Of a stretch of DNA of 64,000 nucleotides, positions 30,001-45,000 are shown in pieces. The notes beneath the pieces are model-generated. The model ran no database searches. It worked only from the letters and a program-made list of their open reading frames with translations, and was not told where the DNA came from. This DNA comes from Auanema rhodensis (lineage: Eukaryota > Animalia > Nematoda). The stretch covers positions 6,138,001 through 6,202,000 of the forward strand of contig OZ059896.1 in NCBI GenBank assembly GCA_964057225.1. The letters run 5' to 3'. The position numbers were made by a program, and so were the translations under genes. Numbering within the stretch: position 1 is the first letter of the stretch; each line of letters begins with the position of its first letter.

Positions 30001-33000
30001 CCATGACTTTGAAATTTACGTGAACTTTAATTTATGCTAATTAAATGTACACTTGATGTGCACTTGGTATGTAACTCGCTTCACGTGAAAGATAAAAAGA
30101 TGCGGTTTTCAAAATTAGATTCCCCATGTCCATATTAGTCTAAAAACAAATTTTTATTGATATTGGTTCATGGTAACCATGACTTTGAAATTTACGTGAA
30201 CTTTAATTTATGCTAATTAAATGTACACTTGATGTGCACTTGATATGTAACTCGCTTCACGTGAAAGATAAAAAGAAGCGGTTTACAAAATTAGATTCCC
30301 CATGTCCATATTAGTCTAAAAACAAATTTTTATTGATATTGGTGCATGGTAACCATGACTTTGAAATTTACGTGAACTTTAATTTATGCTAATTAAATGT
30401 ACACTTGATGTGCACTTGATATGTAACTCGCTTCACGTGAAAGATAAAGAGATGCGGTTTTCAAAATTAGATTCCCCATGTCCATATTAGTCTAAAAACA
30501 AATTTTTATTGATATTGGTTCATGGTAACCATGACTTTGAAATTTACGTGAACTTTAATTTATGCTAATTAAATGTACACTTGATGTGCACTTGATATGT
30601 AACTCGCTTCACGTGAAAGATAAAAAGATGCGGTTTTCAAAATTAGATTCCCCATGTCCATATTAGTCTAAAAACAAATAATTTTTATTGATATTGGTGC
30701 ATGGTAACCATGACTTTGAAATTTACGTGAACTTTAATTTATGCTAATTAAATATACACGTGATGTGCACTTGATATGTAACTCGCTTTACGTGAAAGAT
30801 AAAGAGATGCGGTTTTCAAAATTAGATTCCCCATGTCCATATTAGTCTAAAAACAAATTTTTATTGATATTGGTGCATGGTAACCATGACTTTGAAATTT
30901 ACGTGAACTTTAATTTATGCTAATTAAATATACACGTGATGTGCACTTGATATGTAACTCGCTTCACGTGAAAGATAAAGAGATGCGGTTTTCAAAATTA
31001 GATTCCCCATGTCCATATTAGTCTAAAAACAAATTTTTATTGATATTGGTTCATGGTAACCATGACTTTGAAATTTACGTGAACTTTAATTTATGCTAAT
31101 TAAATGTACACTTGATGTGCACTTGATATGTAACTCGCTTCACGTGAAAGATAAAAATATGCGGTTTTCAAAATTAGATTCCCCATGTCCATATTAGTCT
31201 AAAAACGAATTTTTATTGATATTGGTGCATGGTAACCATGACTTTGAAATTTACGTGAACTTTAATTTATGCTAATTAAATGTACACTTGATGTGCACTT
31301 GATATGTAACTCGCTTCACGTGAAAGATAAAAAGATGCGGTTTTCAAAATTAGATTCCCCATGTCCATATTAGTCTAAAAACAAATTTTTATTGATATTG
31401 GTGCATGGTAACCATGACTTTGAAATTTACGTGAACTTTAATTTATGCTAATTAAATGTACACTTGATGTGCACTTGGTATGTAACTCGCTTCACGTGAA
31501 AGATAAAAAGATGCGGTTTTCAAAATTAGATTCCCCATGTCCATATTAGTCTAAAAACAAATTTTTATTGATATTGGTTCATGGTAACCATGACTTTGAA
31601 ATTTACGTGAACTTTAATTTATGCTAATTAAATGTACACTTGATGTGCACTTGATATGTAACTCGCTTCACGTGAAAGATAAAAAGATGCGGTTTACAAA
31701 ATTAGATTCCCCATGTCCATATTAGTCTAAAAACAAATTTTTATTGATATTGGTGCATGGTAACCATGACTTTGAAATTTACGTGAACTTTAATTTATGC
31801 TAATTAAATGTACACTTGATGTGCACTTGATATGTAACTCGCTTCACGTGAAAGATAAAGAGATGCGGTTTTCAAAATTAGATTCCCCATGTCCATATTA
31901 GTCTAAAAACAAATTTTTATTGATATTGGTTCATGGTAACCATGACTTTGAAATTTACGTGAACTTTAATTTATGCTAATTAAATGTACACTTGATGTGC
32001 ACTTGATATGTAACTCGCTTCACGTGAAAGATAAAAAGATGCGGTTTTCAAAATTAGATTCCCCATGTCCATATTAGTCTAAAAACATATAATTTTTATT
32101 GATATTGGTGCATGGTAACCATGACTTTGAAATTTACGTGAACTTTAATTTATGCTAATTAAATATACACGTGATGTGCACTTGATATGTAACTCGCTTT
32201 ACGTGAAAGATAAAGAGATGCGGTTTTCAAAATTAGATTCCCCATGTCCATATTAGTCTAAAAACAAATTTTTATTGATATTGGTGCATGGTAACCATGA
32301 CTTTGAAATTTACGTGAACTTTAATTTATGCTAATTAAATATACACGTGATGTGCACTTGATATGTAACTCGCTTCACGTGAAAGATAAAGAGATGCGGT
32401 TTTCAAAATTAGATTCCCCATGTCCATATTAGTCTAAAAACAAATTTTTATTGATATTGGTTCATGGTAACCATGACTTTGAAATTTACGTGAACTTTAA
32501 TTTATGCTAATTAAATGTACACTTGATGTGCACTTGATATGTAACTCGCTTCACGTGAAAGATAAAAAGATGCGGTTTACAAAATTAGATTCCCCATGTC
32601 CATATTAGTCTAAAAACAAATTTTTATTGATATTGGTGCATGGTAACCATGACTTTGAAATTTACGTGAACTTTAATTTATGCTAATTAAATGTACACTT
32701 GATGTGCACTTGATATGTAACTCGCTTCACGTGAAAGATAAAGAGATGCGGTTTTCAAAATTAGATTCCCCATGTCCATATTAGTCTAAAAACAAATTTT
32801 TATTGATATTGGTGCATGGTAACCATGACTTTGAAATTTACGTGAACTTTAATTTATGCTAATTAAATATACACGTGATGTGCACTTGATATGTAACTCG
32901 CTTCACGTGAAAGATAAAGAGATGCGGTTTTCAAAATTAGATTCCCCATGTCCATATTAGTCTAAAAACAAATTTTTATTGATATTGGTTCATGGTAACC

Positions 33001-36000
33001 ATGACTTTGAAATTTACGTGAACTTTAATTTATGCTAATTAAATGTACACTTGATGTGCACTTGATATGTAACTCGCTTCACGTGAAAGATAAAAAGATG
33101 CGGTTTACAAAATTAGATTCCCCATGTCCATATTAGTCTAAAAACAAATTTTTATTGATATTGGTGCATGGTAACCATGACTTTGAAATTTACGTGAACT
33201 TTAATTTATGCTAATTAAATGTACACTTGATGTGCACTTGATATGTAACTCGCTTCACGTGAAAGATAAAGAGATGCGGTTTTCAAAATTAGATTCCCCA
33301 TGTCCATATTAGTCTAAAAACAAATTTTTATTGATATTGGTGCATGGTAACCATGACTTTGAAATTTACGTGAACTTTAATTTATGCTAATTAAATATAC
33401 ACGTGATGTGCACTTGATATGTAACTCGCTTCACGTGAAAGATAAAGAGATGCGGTTTTCAAAATTAGATTCCCCATGTCCATATTAGTCTAAAAACAAA
33501 TTTTTATTGATATTGGTTCATGGTAACCATGACTTTGAAATTTACGTGAACTTTAATTTATGCTAATTAAATGTACACTTGATGTGCACTTGATATGTAA
33601 CTCGCTTCACGTGAAAGATAAAAAGATGCGGTTTACAAAATTAGATTCCCCATGTCCATATTAGTCTAAAAACAAATTTTTATTGATATTGGTGCATGGT
33701 AACCATGACTTTGAAATTTACGTGAACTTTAATTTATGCTAATTAAATGTACACTTGATGTGCACTTGATATGTAACTCGCTTCACGTGAAAGATAAAGA
33801 GATGCGGTTTTCAAAATTAGATTCCCCATGTCCATATTAGTCTAAAAACAAATTTTTATTGATATTGGTTCATGGTAACCATGACTTTGAAATTTACGTG
33901 AACTTTAATTTATGCTAATTAAATGTACACTTGATGTGCACTTGATATGTAACTCGCTTCACGTGAAAGATAAAGAGATGCGGTTTTCAAAATTAGATTC
34001 CCCATGTCCATATTAGTCTAAAAACAAATTTTTATTGATATTGGTTCTAGGTAACCATGACTTTGAAATTTACGTGAACTTTAATTTATGCTAATTAAAT
34101 GTACACTTGATGTGCACTTGATATGTAGCTCGCTTCACGTGAAAGATAAAAAGATGCGGTTTTCAAAATTAGATTCCCCATGTCCATATTAGTCTAAAAA
34201 CAAATTTTTATTGATATTGGTGCATGGTAACCATGACTTTGAAATTTACGTGAACTTTAATTTATGCTAATTAAATATACACGTGATGTGCCCTTGGTAT
34301 GTAACTCGCTTTACGTGAAAGATAAAGAGATGCGGTTTTCAAAATTAGATTCCCCATGTCCATATTAGTCTAAAAACAAATTTTTATTGATATTGGTGCA
34401 TGGTAACCATGACTTTGAAATTTACGTGAACTTTAATTTATGCTAATTAAATATACACGTGATGTGCACTTGATATGTAACTCGCTTCACGTGAAAGATA
34501 AAGAGATGCGGTTTTCAAAATTAGATTCCCCATGTCCATATTAGTCTAAAAACAAATTTTTATTGATATTGGTTCATGGTAACCATGACTTTGAAATTTA
34601 CGTGAACTTTAATTTATGCTAATTAAATGTACACTTGATGTGCACTTGATATGTAACTCGCTTCACGTGAAAGATAAAAAGATGCGGTTTTCAAAATTAG
34701 ATTCCCCATGTCCATATTAGTCTAAAAACAAATTTTTATTCATATTGGTGCTTGGTAACCATGACTTTGAAATTTACGTGAACTTTAATTTATGCTAATT
34801 AAATGTACACTTGATGTGCCCTTGGTATGTAACTCGCTTTACGTAAAAGATAAAGAGATGCGGTTTTCAAAATTAGATTCCCCATGTCCATATTAGTCTA
34901 AAAACAAATTTTTATTGATATTGGTGCATGGTAACCATGACTTTGAAATTTACGTGAACTTTAATTTATGCTAATTAAATGTACATGTGATGTGCACCTG
35001 GTATGTAACTCGCTTCACGTGAAAGATAAAGAGATGCGGTTTTCAAAATTAGATACCCCATGTCCATATTAGTCTAAAAACAAATTTTTATTGATATTGG
35101 TGCATGGTAACCATGACTTTGAAATTTACGTGAACTTTAATTTATGCTAATTAAATATACACGTGATGTGCACTTGGTATGTAACTCGCTTCACGTGAAA
35201 GATAAAGAGATGCGGTTTTCAAAATTAGATACCCCATGTCCATATTAGTCTAAAAACAAATTTTTATTGATATTGGTGCATGGTAACCATGACTTTGAAA
35301 TTTACGTGAACTTTAATTTATGCTAATTAAATGTACATGTGATGTGCACCTGGTATGTAACTCGCTTCACGTGAAAAATAAAGAAATGCGGTTTTTAAAA
35401 TTAAATTCCCCATGTCCATATTAGTCTAAAAACAAATTTTTATTAATATTAGTTCATGGTAACCATGACTTTGAAATTTACGTGAACTTTAATTTATGCT
35501 AATTAAATATACACGTGATGTGCACTTGATATGTAACTCGCATCACGTGAAAGATAAAGAGATGCGGTTTTCAAAATTAGATACCCCATGTCCATATTAG
35601 TCTAAAAACAAATTTTTATTGATATTGGTGCATGGTAACCATGACTTTGAAATTTACGTGAACTTTAATTTATGCTAATTAAATGTACACGTGATGTGCA
35701 CTTGGTATGTAACTCGCTTCACGTGAAAGATAAAGAGATGCGGTTTTCAAAATTAGATTCCCCATGTCCAAATTAGTCTTTAAACAAATTTTTATTGATA
35801 TTGGTGCATGGTAACCATGACTTTGAAATTTACGTGTACTTTAATTTATGCTAATTAAATGTACACGTGATGTGCACTTGGCATGTAACTCGCTTCACGT
35901 GAAAGATAAAGAGATGCGGTTTTCAAAATTAGATTCCCCATGTCCATATTAGTCTAAAAACAAATGTTTATTGATATTGGTGCATGGTAACCATGACTTT

Positions 36001-39000
36001 GAAATTTACGTGAACTTTAATTTATGCTAATTAAATGTACACGTGATGTGCACTTGGTATGTAACTCGCTTCACGTGAAAGATAAAGAGATGCGGTTTTC
36101 AAAATTAGATTCCCCATGTCCATATTAGTCTAAAAACAATTTTTATTGATATTGGTGCATGGTAACCATGACTTTGAAATTTACGTGTACTTTAATTTAT
36201 GCTAATTAAATGTACACGTGATGTGCACTTGGTATGTAACTCGCTTCACGTGAAAGATAAAGAGATGCGGTTTTCAAAATTGGATTCTCCATGTCCATAT
36301 TAGTCTAAAAACAAATGTTTATTGATATTGGTGCATGGTAACCATGACTTTGAAATTTACGTGAACTTTTATTTATGCTAATTAAATGTACACGTGATGT
36401 GCACTTGGTATGTAACTCACTTCCTGTAAAAGATAAAGAGATGCGGTTTTCAAAATTAGATTCCCAATGTCCATATTAGTCTAAAAACAAATTTTTATTG
36501 ATATTGGTGCATGGTAACCATGACTTTGAAATTTACGTGAACTTTAATTTATGCTAATTAAATATACACGTGATGTGCACTTGGTATGTAACTCGCTTCA
36601 CGTGGAAAATAAAGAAATGCGGTTTTTAAAATTAAATTCCCCATGTCCATATTAGTCTAAAAACAAAATTTTATTGATATTGGTGCATGGTAACCATGAC
36701 TTTGAAATTTACATGAACTTTAATTTATGCTAATTAAATGTACACGTGATGTGCACTTGGCATGTAACTCGCTTCACGTGAAAGATAAAGAGATGCGGTT
36801 TTCACAATTAGATTCCCCATGTCCATATTAGTCTAAAAACAAATTTTTATTGATATTGGTGCATGGTAACCATGACTTTGAAATTTACATGAACTTTAAT
36901 TTATGCTAATTAAATGTACACTTGATGTGCACTTGGTATGTAACTCGCTTCACGTGGAAAATAAAGAGATGCGGTTTTCAAAATTAGATTCCCCATGTCC
37001 ATATTAGTCTAAAAACGAATTTTTATTGATATTGGTGCATGGTAACCATGACTTTGAAATTTACATGAACTTTAATTTATGCTAATTAAATGTACATGTG
37101 ATGTGCACCTGGTATGTAACTCGCTTCACGTGAAAGAAAAAAAGATGCGGTTTTCAAAATTAGATTCCCCATGTCCATATTAGTCTAAAAACGAATTTTT
37201 ATTGATATTGGTGCATGGTAACCATGACTTTGAAATTTACGTGAACTTTAATTTATGCTAATTAAATGTACACTTGATGTGCACTTGGTATGTAACTCGC
37301 TTCACGTGGAAAATAAAGAGATGCGGTTTTCAAAATTAGATTCCCCATGTCCATATTAGTCTAAAAACGAATTTTTATTGATATTGGTGCATGGTAACCA
37401 TGACTTTGAAATTTACATGAACTTTAATTTATGCTAATTAAATGTACATGTGATGTGCACCTGGTATGTAACTCGCTTCACGTGAAAGAAAAAAAGATGC
37501 GGTTTTCAAAATTAGATTCCCCATGTCCATATTAGTCTAAAAACGAATTTTTATTGATATTGGTGCATGGTAACCATGACTTTGAAATTTACGTGAACTT
37601 TAATTTATGCTAATTAAATGTACACTTGATGTGCACTTGGTATGTAACTCGCTTCACGTGGAAAATAAAGAGATGCGGTTTTCAAAATTAGATTCCCCAT
37701 GTCCATATTAGTCTAAAAACGAATTTTTATTGATATTGGTGCATGGTAACCATGACTTTGAAATTTACATGAACTTTAATTTATGCTAATTAAATGTACA
37801 CTTGATGTGCACTTGGTATGTAACTCGCTTCACGTGAAAGACAAAGAGATGCGGTTTTCAAAATTAGATTCCCCATGTCCATATTAGTCTAAAAACGAAT
37901 TTTTATTGATATTGGTGCATGGTAACCATGACTTTGAAATTTACATGAACTTTAATTTATGCTAATTAAATGTACACTTGATGTGCACTTGGTATGTAAC
38001 TCGCTTCACGTGAAAGAAAAAAAGATGCGGTTTTCAAAATTAGATTCCCCATGTCCATATTAGTCTAAAAACAAAATTTTATTGATATTGGTGCATGGTA
38101 ACCATGAGTTTGAAATTTACATGAACTTTAATTTATGCTAATTAAATGTACATGTGATGTGCACCTGGTATGTAACTCGCTTCACGTGAAAGAAAAAAAG
38201 ATGCGGTTTTCAAAATTAGATTCCCCATGTCCATATTAGTCTAAAAACAAAATTTTATTGATATTGGTGCATGGTAACCATGACTTTGAAATTTACATGA
38301 ACTTTAATTTATGCTAATTAAATGTACACTTGATGTGCACTTGGTATGTAACTCGCTTCACGTGGAAAATAAAGAGATGCGGTTTTCAAAATTAGATTCC
38401 CCATGTCCATATTAGTCTAAAAACGAATTTTTATTGATATTGGTGCATGGTAACCATGACTTTGAAATTTACATGAACTTTAATTTATGCTAATTAAATG
38501 TACACTTGATGTGCACTTGGTATGTAACTCGCTTCACGTGAAAGACAAAGAGATGCGGTTTTCAAAATTAGATTCCCCATGTCCATATTAGTCTAAAAAC
38601 GAATTTTTATTGATATTGGTGCATGGTAACCATGACTTTGAAATTTACGTGAACTTTAATTTATGCTAATTAAATGTACATGTGATGTGCACCTGGTATG
38701 TAACTCGCTTCACGTGAAAGAAAAAAAGATGCGGTTTTCAAAATTAGATTCCCCATGTCCATATTAGTCTAAAAACAAAATTTTATTGATATTGGTGCAT
38801 GGTAACCATGACTTTGAAATTTACGTGAACTTTAATTTATGCTAATTAAATGTACACATGATGTGCACTTGGTATGTAACTCGCTTCACGTGGAAAATAA
38901 AGAAATGCGGTTTTCAAAATTAGATTCCCCATGTCCATATTAGTCTAAAAACGAATTTTTATTGATATTGGTGCATGGTAACCATGACTTTGAAATTTAC

Positions 39001-42000
39001 GTGCACTTTAATTTATGCTAATTAAATATACACGTGATGTGCATTTGGTATGTAACTCGCTTCACGTGGAAAATATAGAGATGCGGTTTTCAAAATTAGA
39101 TTCCCCATGTCCATATTAGTCTAAAAACAAATTTTTATTGATATTGGTGCATGGTAACCATGACTTTGAAATTTACATGAACTTTAATTTATGCTAATTA
39201 AATGTACACGTGATGTGCACTTGGCATGTAACTCGCTTCACGTGAAAGATAAAGAGATGCGGTTTTCAAAATTAGATTCCCCATGTCCATATCAGTCTAA
39301 AAACGAATTTTTATTGATATTGGTGCATGGTAACCATGACTTTGAAATTTACGTGAACTTTAATTTATGCTGATTAAGTGTACACATGATGTGCACTTGG
39401 TATGTAACTCGCTTCACGTGAAAGATAAAGAGATGCGGTTTTTAAAATTAAATTCCCCATGTCCATATTAGTCTAAAAACAAATTTTTATTAATATTGGT
39501 TCATGGTAACCATGACTTTGAAATTTACGTGCACTTTAATTTATGCTAATTAAATATACACGTGATGTGCATTTGGTATGTAACTCGCTTCACGTGGAAA
39601 ATATAGAGATGCGGTTTTCAAAATTAGATTCCCCATGTCCATATTAGTCTAAAAACAAATTTTTATTGATATTGGTGCATGGTAACCATGACTTTGAAAT
39701 TTACATGAACTTTAATTTATGCTAATTAAATGTACACGTGATGTGCACTTGGCATGTAACTCGCTTCACGTGAAAGATAAAGAGATGCGGTTTTCAAAAT
39801 TAGATTCCCCATGTCCATATCAGTCTAAAAACGAATTTTTATTGATATTGGTGCATGGTAACCATGACTTTGAAATTTACGTGAACTTTAATTTATGCTG
39901 ATTAAGTGTACACATGATGTGCACTTGGTATGTAACTCGCTTCACGTGAAAGATAAAGAGATGCGGTTTTTAAAATTAAATTCCCCATGTCCATATTAGT
40001 CTAAAAACAAATTTTTATTAATATTGGTTCATGGTAACCATGACTTTGAAATTTACGTGAACTTTAATTTATGCTAATTAAATGTACACTTGATGTGCAC
40101 TTGATATGTAACTCGCTTCACGTGAAAGATAAAGAGATGCGGTTTTCAAAATTAGATACCCCATGTCCATATTAGTCTAAAAACAAATTTTTATTGATAT
40201 TGGTGCATGGTAACCATGACTTTGAAATTTACGTCAACTTTTATTTATGCTAATTAAATGTACACGTGATGTGCACTTGGTATGTAACTCGCTTCACGTG
40301 AAAGATAAAGAGATGCGGTATTCAAAATTAGATCCCCCATGTCCATATTAGTCTAAAAACAAATTTTTATTGATATTGGTGCATGGTAACCATGACTTTG
40401 AAATTTACGTGAACTTTAATTTATGCTAATCAAATATACACGTGATGTGCACTTGGTGTGTAACTCACTTCACGTGAAAGATAAAGAGATGCGGTTTTCC
40501 AAATTAGATTCCCCATGTCCATATTAGTCTAAAAACAAAATTTTATTGATATTGGTGCATGGTAACCATGACTTTGAAATTTACGTGAACTTTAATTTAT
40601 GCTAATTAAATGTACACGTGATGTGCACTTGGTATGTAACTCGCTTCCTGTAGAAGATAAAGAGATGCGGTTTTTAAACTTAGATTCCCCATTTCCATAT
40701 TAGTCTAAAAACAAAATTTTATTGATATTGGTGCATGGTAACCATGACTTTGAAATTTACGTGAACTTTAATTTATGCTAATTAAATGTACACTTGATGT
40801 GCACTTGGTATGTAACTCGCTTCACGTGAAAGACAAAGAGATGCGGTTTTCAAAATTAGATTCCCCATGTCCATATTAGTCTAAAAAAAATTTTTATTGA
40901 TATTGGTGCATGGTAACCATGACTTTGAAATATACGTCAACTTTAATTTATGCTAATTAAATATACACGTGATGTGCCCTTGGTATGTAACTCGCTTCAC
41001 GTGAAAGATAAAGAGATGCGGTTTTCAAAATTAGATACCCCATGTCCATATTAGTCTAAAAACAAATTTTTATTTATATTGGTGCATGGTAACCATGACT
41101 TTGAAATTTACGTCAACTTTTATTTATGCTAATTAAATATATACGTGATGTGCACTTGGTGTGTAACTCACTTCACGTGAAAGATAAAGAGATGCGGTTT
41201 TCCAAATTAGATTCCCCATGTCCATATTAGTCTAAAAACAAAATTTTATTGATATTGGTGCATGGTAACCATGACTTTGAAATTTACGTGAACTTTAATT
41301 TATGCTAATTAAATGTACACGTGATGTGCACTTGGTATGTAACTCGCTTCCTGTAAAAGATAAAGAGATGCGGTTTTTAAACTTAGATTCCCCATTTCCA
41401 TATTAGTCTAAAAACAAAATTTTATTGATATTGGTGCATGGTAACCATGACTTTGAAATTTACGTGAACTTTAATTTATGCTAATCAAATATACACGTGA
41501 TGTGCACTTGGTGTGTAACTCACTTCACGTGAAAGATAAAGAGATGCGGTTTTCCAAATTAGATTCCCCATGTCCATATTAGTCTAAAAACAAAATTTTA
41601 TTGATATTGGTGCATGGTAACCATGACTTTGAAATTTACGTGAACTTTAATTTATGCTAATTAAATGTACACGTGATGTGCACTTGGTATGTAACTCGCT
41701 TCCTGTAAAAGATAAAGAGATGCGGTTTTTAAACTTAGATTCCCCATTTCCATATTAGTCTAAAAACAAAATTTTATTGATATTGGTGCATGGTAACCAT
41801 GACTTTGAAATTTACGTGAACTTTAATTTATGCTAATTAAATGTACACTTGATGTGCACTTGGTATGTAACTCGCTTCACGTGAAAGACAAAGAGATGCG
41901 GTTTTCAAAATTAGATTCCCCATGTCCATATTAGTCTAAAAAGAATTTTTATTGATATTGGTGCATGGTAACCATGACTTTGAAATATACGTCAACTTTA

Positions 42001-45000
42001 ATTTATGCTAATTAAATATACACGTGATGTGCCCTTGGTATGTAACTCGCTTCACGTGAAAGATAAAGAGATGCGGTTTTCAAAATTAGATACCCCATGT
42101 CCATATTAGTCTAAAAACAAATTTTTATTTATATTGGTGCATGGTAACCATGACTTTGAAATTTACGTCAACTTTTATTTATGCTAATTAAATATATACG
42201 TGATGTGCACTTGGTATTAACTCGCTTCACGTGGAAAATAAAGAAATGCGGTTTTTAAAATTAAATTCCCCATGTCCATATTAGTCTAAAAACGAATTTT
42301 AATTCATATTGGTGCATGGTAACCATGACTTTGAAATTTACGTGAACTTTAATTTATGCTAATTAAATATACACGTGATGTGCACTTGGTATGTAACTCG
42401 CTTCACGTGAAAGACAAAGAGATGCGGTTTTCAAAATTAGATTCCCCATGTCCATATTAGTCTAAAAACAAATTTTTATTGATATTGGTGCATGGTAACC
42501 ATGACTTTGAAATTTACGTCAACTTTAATTTATGCTAATTAAATATACACGTGATGTGCCCTTGGTATGTAACTCGCTTTACGTGAAAGATAAAGAGATG
42601 CGGTTTTCAAAATTAGATTCCCCATGTCCATATTAGTCTAAAAACAAATTTTTATTGATATTGGTGCATGGTAACCATGACTTTGAAATTTACGTGAACT
42701 TTAATTTATGCTAATTGAATGTACATGTGATGTGCACCTGGTATGTAACTAGCTTCACGTGAAAGAAAAAAAGATGCGGTTTTCAAAATTAGATTCCCCA
42801 TGTCCATATTAGTCTAAAAACAAATTTTTATTAATATTGGTTCATGGTAACCATGACTTTGAAATTTACGTGAACTTTAATTTATGCTAATTAAATGTAC
42901 ACTTGATGTGCACTTGATATGTAACTCGCTTCACGTGAAAGATAAAGAGATGCGGTTTTTAAAATTGGATTCTCCATGTCCATATTAGTCTAAAAACAAT
43001 TTTTATTGATATTGGTGCATGGTAACCATGACTTTGAAATTTACGTGAACTTTAATTTATGCTAATTAAATATACACTTGATGTGCACCTGGTATGTAAC
43101 TCGCTTCACGTGAAAGAAAAAAAGATGCGGTTTTCAAAATTAGATTCCCCATGTCCATATTAGTCTAAAAACAAATTTTTATTTATATTGGTGCATGGTA
43201 ACCATGACTTTGAAATTTACGTCAACTTTTATTTATGCTAATTAAATATACACGTGATGTGCACTTGGTATTAACTCGCTTCACGTGAAAGAAAAAAAGA
43301 TGCGGTTTTCAAAATTAGATTCCCCATGTCCATATTAGTCTAAAAACAAATTTTTATTTATATTGGTGCATGGTAACCATGACTTTGAAATTTACGTCAA
43401 CTTTTATTTATGCTAATTAAATATACACGTGATGTGCACTTGGTATTAACTCGCTTCACGTGGAAAATAAAGAAATGCGGTTTTTAAAATTAAATTCCCC
43501 ATGTCCATATTAGTCTAAAAACAAATTTTAATTCATATTGGTGCATGGTAACCATGACTTTGAAATTTACGTGAACTTTAATTTATGCTAATTAAATATA
43601 CACGTGATGTGCACTTGGTATGTAACTCGCTTCACGTGAAAGACAAAGAGATGCGGTTTTCAAAATTAGATTCCCCATGTCCATATTAGTCTAAAAACGA
43701 ATTTTTATTGATATTGGTGCATGGTAACCATGACTTTGAAATTTACGTCAACTTTTATTTATGCTAATTAAATATACACGTGATGTGCCCTTGGTATGTA
43801 ACTCGCTTCACGTGGAAAATAAAGAAATGCGGTTTTTAAAATTAAATTCCCCATGTCCATATTAGTCTAAAAACAAATTTTAATTCATATTGGTGCATGG
43901 TAACCATGACTTTGAAATTTACGTGAACTTTAATTTATGCTAATTAAATATACACGTGATGTGCACTTGGTATGTAACTCGCTTCACGTGAAAGATAAAA
44001 AGATGCGGTTTTCAAAATTAGATTCCCCATGTCCATATTAGTCTAAAAACGAATTTTTATTGATATTGGTGCATGGTAACCATGACTTTGAAATTTACGT
44101 CAACTTTAATTTATGCTAATTAAATATACACGTGATGTGCCCTTGGTATGTAACTCGCTTTACGTGAAAGATAAAGAGATGCGGTTTTCAAAATTAGATT
44201 CCCCATGTCCATATTAGTCTAAAAACAAATTTTTATTGATATTGGTGCATGGTAACCATGACTTTGAAATTTACGTGAACTTTAATTTATGCTAATTGAA
44301 TGTACATGTGATGTGCACCTGGTATGTAACTCGCTTCACGTGAAAGAAAAAAAGATGCGGTTTTCAAAATTAGATTCCCCATGTCCATATTAGTCTAAAA
44401 ACAAATTTTTATTAATATTGGTTCATGGTAACCATGACTTTGAAATTTACGTGAACTTTAATTTATGCTAATTGAATGTACATGTGATGTGCACTTGGTA
44501 TGTAACTCGCTTCACGTGAAAGACAAAGAGATGAGGTTTTCAAAATTAGATTCCCCATGTCCATATTAGTCTAAAAACGAATTTTTATTGATATTGGTGC
44601 ATGGTAACCATGACTTTGAAATTTACGTCAACTTTTATTTATGCTAATTAAATATACACGTGATGTGCCCTTGGTATGTAACTCGCTTCACGTGGAAAAT
44701 AAAGAAATGCGGTTTTTAAAATTAGATTCCCCATGTCCATATTAGTCTAAAAACAAATTTTAATTCATATTGGTGCATGGTAACCATGACTTTGAAATTT
44801 ACGTCAACTTTAATTTATGCTAATTAAATATACACGTGATGTGCCCTTGGTATGTAACTCGCTTTACGTGAAAGATAAAGAGATGCGGTTTTCAAAATTA
44901 GATTCCCCATGTCCATATTAGTCTAAAAACAAATTTTTATTGATATTGGTGCATGGTAACCATGACTTTGAAATTTACGTGAACTTTAATTTATGCTAAT

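Noticed and set aside
21761-39901. Three 60-aa ORFs (21761, 39191, 39719) in the satellite
   Set aside because: Each is one monomer in which the usual TAG (TAT TAG TCT) mutated to GAG or CAG. 176 is not a multiple of 3, the other ~296 copies have the stop, and the peptide has no recognisable features.
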